Below are positions 46,352-51,073 of a stretch of DNA of 51,073 nucleotides, one piece after another. The translations under genes were made by a program, and so were the position numbers. Source of the DNA: Opitutaceae bacterium (lineage in GTDB: Bacteria > Verrucomicrobiota > Verrucomicrobiia > Opitutales > Opitutaceae). The notes under the pieces were generated by a model. It saw nothing but the letters and a program-made list of their open reading frames with translations, had not been told where the DNA came from and made no database searches. The number at the start of each line of letters is the position of its first letter. Position 1 is the stretch's first letter. The stretch is taken from contig JANXSC010000341.1 of assembly GCA_025352845.1 (NCBI GenBank), positions 1 to 51,073 on the forward strand, in the 5' to 3' direction.

Positions 46352-49300
46352 GGCGACCCTGCCGCGCTGCGCGCGCCCCGGAGGCCCGCCCCCCACAGCC
46401 GCAGCCGATCCAGCCAGAGGTAAACCACCGGCACCGTGTAGAGCGTGAGGAGCTGGCTCACGGCCAGCCCGCCCACAATCGCGAGACCGAGGGGCTGGCG
46501 CATCTCGACGCCCTCGCCGGTCGCGAGCACGAGCGGCAGCGCGCCGAGGAGCGCGGCAAAATTCGTCATCAGGATCGGGCGCAGGCGGAGTTGCGCGGCC
46601 TCGTAGATCGCGGCGCGCGCGGTCACGCCGTCGCTGCGCTCCCGCGCAATCGCGAAGTCGATCATGAGGATCGCGTTCTTCATCACGATGCCGATGAGGA
46701 GAAACAATCCGAGCAAGGCAATGAGCGAAAATTCCGTGTTGGTCAGCCGCAGCGCCAGCAACGCGCCGAGGCCGGCCGAGGGCAGCGTCGAGAGAATCGT
46801 GATCGGATGCACGAGGCTTTCGTAGAGGATGCCGAGCACGAGATAGACCGTCACCAGCACGCCGAGGATTAGCAGCGGCTGCGTCTGGATGCTCGTCTGG
46901 AACGAGCTCATCGAGCCCGAGAGCCGCGCCTGCACCTCCGTGGGCAGCATGATTTTCGCGAGCGCCCCCTCGATCGCAGCGAGGCCCTCCTCGAGCGACA
47001 CGTCTTTCGCGAGCGCGAAGCCCACGTTCTCCGAGGCGAACTGGCTGCGGTGCCGCACGCGGTCCTCGGTCTGCGCATATTTGTAGCTCGTGAAAGCCGA
47101 CAGCGGCACGCGCGTGCCGTTGGCCCCGATGACCTGCACCTTTTCCAGCACGGCGGGGTCCGAGGTGTATTGCGGCTCCAGCTCCATAATCACGCGATAC
47201 TGGTTCAGGCGGTCGTAGAGCGTCGCGACCTGCCGCTGGCTGAACGAGCTGTTCAGCACCTGCGAAACCATCTGCATGTCGACGCCGAGCCGCCGTGCCG
47301 CCTCGCGATCGATCGTGAGCCGCAGGGCCTGCGCACCGGCCTCGGAGCGGGTGTCGACATCGGTGAGCTCGGGCAGGTCCTGCATCGCCTCGCCGATCTT
47401 CGGCATCCATTTGCGAATGAGATCGAGTTCGCCCGCCATGATCGAGAGATCGTAGGAGGTGGAGTCCGACATGCGCGGGCCGTCGAGGTCCTGCGCGCCG
47501 AAAAGGTAGAGCGCGCTGCCCGCCATCGGCGGCGTGGCGAGGCGCAGGCGGTTGATCACCTCGGTGGCCGAAACCTTGCGCTCGGCGAGCGGCTTCAGGC
47601 GGATCGTGAAGCGCGCGTTGTTCGTGCCCGAGGTGCCGCCGGAGGTGCCGATCACGTCCTGCACGGCCGGGTCCGCCATAATCAGCCGGCGGTAGATTTC
47701 GATCTTCGGCTGCATGACCTGGTAGGAAAACGCATCGTCGCCGCGCGCGAAGCCGTTGAGGGTGCCCGTGTCCTGCGTCGGGAGAAAGCCCTTCGGAATC
47801 TTGATGTAGAGCGAGACGTTGAGCGCGATGGTGCCGATCAGGATGATGAGCGTGAGCGTGGCGTGCTGCAGCACCCAGCCGAGCGAGCGCGCGTAGGTGG
47901 CCTTCACGGCCTCGAAGCCCCGCTCGGTCAGTTGGCGGAATTTGCCGTCGGACAGGTGGTGCGCCGGCTTCAGCCAGCGTGCGCAGAGGCTCGGCACGAG
48001 TGTGAGCGAGACGGCGAGCGACACCATCATTGCGATCACGAGCGTGATGGAAAACTCGCGAAACAGCCGCTCCACCAGTCCGCCCATGAACAAAATCGAG
48101 ACGAACACCGCGACGAGCGAGAGATTCATCGCCAGCAGGGTGAAGCCCACCTCGCCCGAGCCAAGCAGGGTCGCGCGCAACGGCGACAGTCCGCGCTCGA
48201 TGTGCCGCGAGATGTTTTCCATCACGACGATCGCATCATCCACCACGAGGCCGGCCGCGACGATCAGCGCCATCAACGAGAGGTTGTTCAGCGAGAACCC
48301 CAGCAGATACATGAACGAAAACGTGCCGATGACCGACACCGGGATCGCGAGGCACGGGATCAGCGCGGCGCGCGGGTTGCCGAGAAAAAGAAACACCACC
48401 AGCATCACGAGGGCCGCGGCGATGAGGAGCGTCTTCTGCGATTCATGCAGCGTCGCGCGAATGCCCGGCGAGCGATCCATCACGACGGCGAGGTCGGCGT
48501 CGGCGGGGAGCAGCGCGCGGAGGCCCGGGAGCTGGGCGTTGATGGCGTCGATGACCTCGATGATGTTCGCGCCCGGCTGGCGGCTGATCATCAGGAGCAC
48601 GGCGGCGCGGTCGTTGTGAAAGCCCATGCTGTAGCGGTCCTCGACAGAGTCGGAGACCTTCGCCACGTCGCCGAGCCGCACCGGCGCGCCATCGCGGTAG
48701 CGGATCACGAGCGGCAAGTATTCCTCGGCGCGGCGGAGCTGGTTGCTCACCTGCACCTCCCACTGGCGCGGGCCATCCTCGACCGTGCCGCGGGGCCGGA
48801 TGGAATTGGTCGCGGCGATCGCGCGGCGCACCTCGTCGAGCGAGATGCCGTGGTGCGCGAGCGCGTGGGGATTGAGCTGCACGCGCACGGCGGGCAGGGA
48901 ACTGCCGCCCGTCTGCACCTCGCCCACGCCGACGATTTGGGAAATTTTTTGCCCGAGGATCGTCGCGGCGATATCGTAGAGCGCGCCCGGCGCGAGGTTC
49001 GGGGAGCTGAGCGCGAGCGCCATAATCGGCGCGGCGGCGGGATTGGATTTGCGGAAGGTGGGGTTGCCCGGCATGCCGGCGGGCAGCTCGCCGCGCGCGG
49101 CGTTAATCGCGGCCTGCACATCGCGCGCCGCGGCGTTGAGATCGCGGCCAATCGCGAACTCCAGCTGGATGCTCGTGGCGCCCTGCCGGTTGTCGGAGGA
49201 GATGCCGGTGACACCGGAGATGCTGCCCATCGCGCGCTCAAGCGGCGCCGCGACGGTCGTCGCCATCGTCTCCGGGCTCGCGCCCGGCAAGGAGGCGCTG

Positions 49301-49440
49301 ATGCGAATCGTGGGGAAATCCACCTGCGGCAGCGGCGCGACCGGCAGCAGCCCGTAAGAGAGCGCGCCGAGCAACACGAGCGCCACCGCGATCAGGCTGC
49401 TCGCCACGGGGCGGCGGACAAACGGACGCGAGAGGTTCAT
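46348..49440 (-). CDS. mdtC: RND efflux permease, MdtC-like
   Basis: [88 protein letters not shown]. Confidence 0.9.
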   Translation of the reverse strand: MNLSRPFVRRPVASSLIAVALVLLGALSYGLLPVAPLPQVDFPTIRISASLPGASPETMATTVAAPLERAMGSISGVTGISSDNRQGATSIQLEFAIGRDLNAAARDVQAAINAARGELPAGMPGNPTFRKSNPAAAPIMALALSSPNLAPGALYDIAATILGQKISQIVGVGEVQTGGSSLPAVRVQLNPHALAHHGISLDEVRRAIAATNSIRPRGTVEDGPRQWEVQVSNQLRRAEEYLPLVIRYRDGAPVRLGDVAKVSDSVEDRYSMGFHNDRAAVLLMISRQPGANIIEVIDAINAQLPGLRALLPADADLAVVMDRSPGIRATLHESQKTLLIAAALVMLVVFLFLGNPRAALIPCLAIPVSVIGTFSFMYLLGFSLNNLSLMALIVAAGLVVDDAIVVMENISRHIERGLSPLRATLLGSGEVGFTLLAMNLSLVAVFVSILFMGGLVERLFREFSITLVIAMMVSLAVSLTLVPSLCARWLKPAHHLSDGKFRQLTERGFEAVKATYARSLGWVLQHATLTLIILIGTIALNVSLYIKIPKGFLPTQDTGTLNGFARGDDAFSYQVMQPKIEIYRRLIMADPAVQDVIGTSGGTSGTNNARFTIRLKPLAERKVSATEVINRLRLATPPMAGSALYLFGAQDLDGPRMSDSTSYDLSIMAGELDLIRKWMPKIGEAMQDLPELTDVDTRSEAGAQALRLTIDREAARRLGVDMQMVSQVLNSSFSQRQVATLYDRLNQYRVIMELEPQYTSDPAVLEKVQVIGANGTRVPLSAFTSYKYAQTEDRVRHRSQFASENVGFALAKDVSLEEGLAAIEGALAKIMLPTEVQARLSGSMSSFQTSIQTQPLLILGVLVTVYLVLGILYESLVHPITILSTLPSAGLGALLALRLTNTEFSLIALLGLFLLIGIVMKNAILMIDFAIARERSDGVTARAAIYEAAQLRLRPILMTNFAALLGALPLVLATGEGVEMRQPLGLAIVGGLAVSQLLTLYTVPVVYLWLDRLRLWGAGLRGARSAAGSP

Positions 49441-51073
49441 CCCGCCAAGCTCTCCGCCGGTTTCCCGCCGGCCACGGCGACCGGCGCCCGGCGCGGCTTG
49501 GTCCGCGACGCGAGCCGGTCGAAAAACAAATAGACCACGGGCGTCGTGAACAGCGTGAGCACCTGGCTCACGAGCAGACCGCCCACCATCACGAGGCCGA
49601 GCGGTTGGCGCAGCTCGGCGCCCGAGCCGGTTGACAGCATCAGCGGCAGCGCACCGAAGAGCGCCGCGAGGGTCGTCATCAAAATCGGGCGGAAGCGCAG
49701 CAGCGCCGCCTGCTTGATTGCGTCGCGCGGCGAGAGCTTGTCGCGCCGCGTCGCCTCCAGCGCGAAGTCCACCATCATGATGCCGTTCTTTTTCACCAAA
49801 CCGATCAGCAGCACGATGCCGATGATCGCGATCATGTCCAGGGGCCGGCCGGTGATCCAGAGGGCGAGCAACGCGCCGACGGTGGCAGAGGGCAGCGTCG
49901 AGAGAATCGTGATCGGGTGGATGCTGCTCTCGTAGAGGATGCCGAGCACGATATACATCGTGACGACGGCCGCGAGGACGAGCAGCAGCGTGCTGCCGAG
50001 CGACGCGCGAAACGCGTGCGCCGCGCCCTGAAAGCGCAGCTCGATCGCGGGCGGCACGCCGAGTTCGCCGGCCGCACGCTCGATCGCCGCGACCGCGTCA
50101 CCCAGCGAGCGGCCCGCCGCGAGGTTGAACGAGATCGTCACCGCGGGGAACTGGCCGACGTGGTTGATCAGGAGCGTCGTCGGCCGTTCGGACACGCGCG
50201 CCACGCTCGACAGGGGAATCGGTTTCCCCGTGCGCGTGCGCACGAAGATGCTCGTGAGCGCCTGCGGCCCGACCGCGAGACGCGGATCGACCTCGAGCAC
50301 GACGCGATACTGGCTCGCCTGCGTGAAGAGCGTGGAAATCTGCCGCTGCCCAAACGCGCTGTAGAGCGCATCGTCGATGTCCGCCACCGTCACGCCGAGC
50401 CGGCTCGCGGCGTCGCGGTCGATTTCAAGGAAGGCCTGGAGACCCTCGTTCTGCAGATCGCTCGCGACGTCGGCCAGCGCCGGCAAATCCTGCAGGTGCG
50501 CGACGAGTTCCGGCACCCATTCGTGCAGCAATTTCTCGTCGGGGCTCGTGAGGGTGAACTGAAACTGCGTGCGGCTGACGCGGTCCTCGATCGTGAGCTC
50601 CTGCACGGGCTGGAGGAAGAGCGCGATGCCCGTGACCTCGCGCGCCCGCTCGCGCATCCGGTCGATGATCGCAAACGCGTTGTCGCGCCGCTCGCCGTGG
50701 GGCTTGAGGTTGATGAGCATGCGCCCGCTGTTAAGCGTGGCGTTGGTGCCGTCCACGCCGATGAACGACGAGAGGCTCGACACCGCGGGATCCTCCAGGA
50801 TTTTCGCCGCCAGCGCCTGCTGCCGCTCCGCCATCGCGGCAAACGAGATCGACTGCGGCGCCTCGGTGACGGCCTGAATCGCGGCGTTGTCCTGCAGCGG
50901 AAAAAATCCCTTCGGCACCACGAGGTAGAGCGCCGCCGTGAGCGCCATCGTGCCGACCGTGACGGCGAGCGTGAGACGCTGGTGCTCGAGCACCCAGTCG
51001 AGCATCGTGCCGTAGCGCGCGATCACCGCGTCGAGGAAACCCGGCTGGCCGTGCGCGGGCGCGGACGTCTCGG
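49437..51073 (-). CDS. mdtB: RND efflux permease, MdtB-like (5' part beyond window)
   Basis: [63 protein letters not shown] overlap with the mdtC-like gene; the ORF is open at the window edge. Confidence 0.88.
   Translation of the reverse strand, partial: ETSAPAHGQPGFLDAVIARYGTMLDWVLEHQRLTLAVTVGTMALTAALYLVVPKGFFPLQDNAAIQAVTEAPQSISFAAMAERQQALAAKILEDPAVSSLSSFIGVDGTNATLNSGRMLINLKPHGERRDNAFAIIDRMRERAREVTGIALFLQPVQELTIEDRVSRTQFQFTLTSPDEKLLHEWVPELVAHLQDLPALADVASDLQNEGLQAFLEIDRDAASRLGVTVADIDDALYSAFGQRQISTLFTQASQYRVVLEVDPRLAVGPQALTSIFVRTRTGKPIPLSSVARVSERPTTLLINHVGQFPAVTISFNLAAGRSLGDAVAAIERAAGELGVPPAIELRFQGAAHAFRASLGSTLLLVLAAVVTMYIVLGILYESSIHPITILSTLPSATVGALLALWITGRPLDMIAIIGIVLLIGLVKKNGIMMVDFALEATRRDKLSPRDAIKQAALLRFRPILMTTLAALFGALPLMLSTGSGAELRQPLGLVMVGGLLVSQVLTLFTTPVVYLFFDRLASRTKPRRAPVAVAGGKPAESLAG

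Noticed and set aside
46352-47410. Long N-terminal part of the 654-aa ORF 45446..47410
   Set aside because: It overlaps the RND gene out of frame. The real esterase starts at ATG 46351 with a signal peptide.

Overview
This is a high-GC bacterial window. Gene content (DUF1501, DUF1549/1553 and DUF1592/1552 cytochrome clusters, a HEAT-repeat sulfatase and a long TonB-dependent receptor) suggests the PVC superphylum, probably Verrucomicrobiota/Opitutaceae; this placement is an inference. From left to right it holds argS, a GYF-domain membrane protein, YihY, a SurA/PpiD-like chaperone, an FmdB zinc ribbon protein, TolC, a membrane protein, a DUF1552-DUF1592 pair, a membrane-fused spermidine synthase-like protein, two orphan genes, a TBDR-sulfatase pair, a sugar-phosphate isomerase, DUF4440, a GNAT, a cytochrome-WD40/DUF1549-1553/DUF1501 cluster, a tyrosinase, a ~13 kb LacI-controlled catabolic island, and an esterase coupled to an MdtBC-like RND pump that is cut off by the window end. 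Two signals stand out. (1) Three identical palindromic LacI operators (GCAAACGTTTGC) link a GH-like/FGE-fold fusion, a CitE-type lyase, a family III CoA transferase, a ribokinase, a GH127, an IutA-like TonB receptor and a Kelch-fused Na+/solute symporter into one regulon. I hypothesise that it imports and degrades a pentofuranosylated (probably ribosylated) citrate-like acid. (2) Five REP-doublet families are present. Three doublets are wrapped in MITE-like terminal inverted repeats, and unwrapped copies lie inside coding sequence. I saw no rRNA, tRNA, CRISPR array or intact transposase. All family calls come from recognising motifs by eye, not from database searches.
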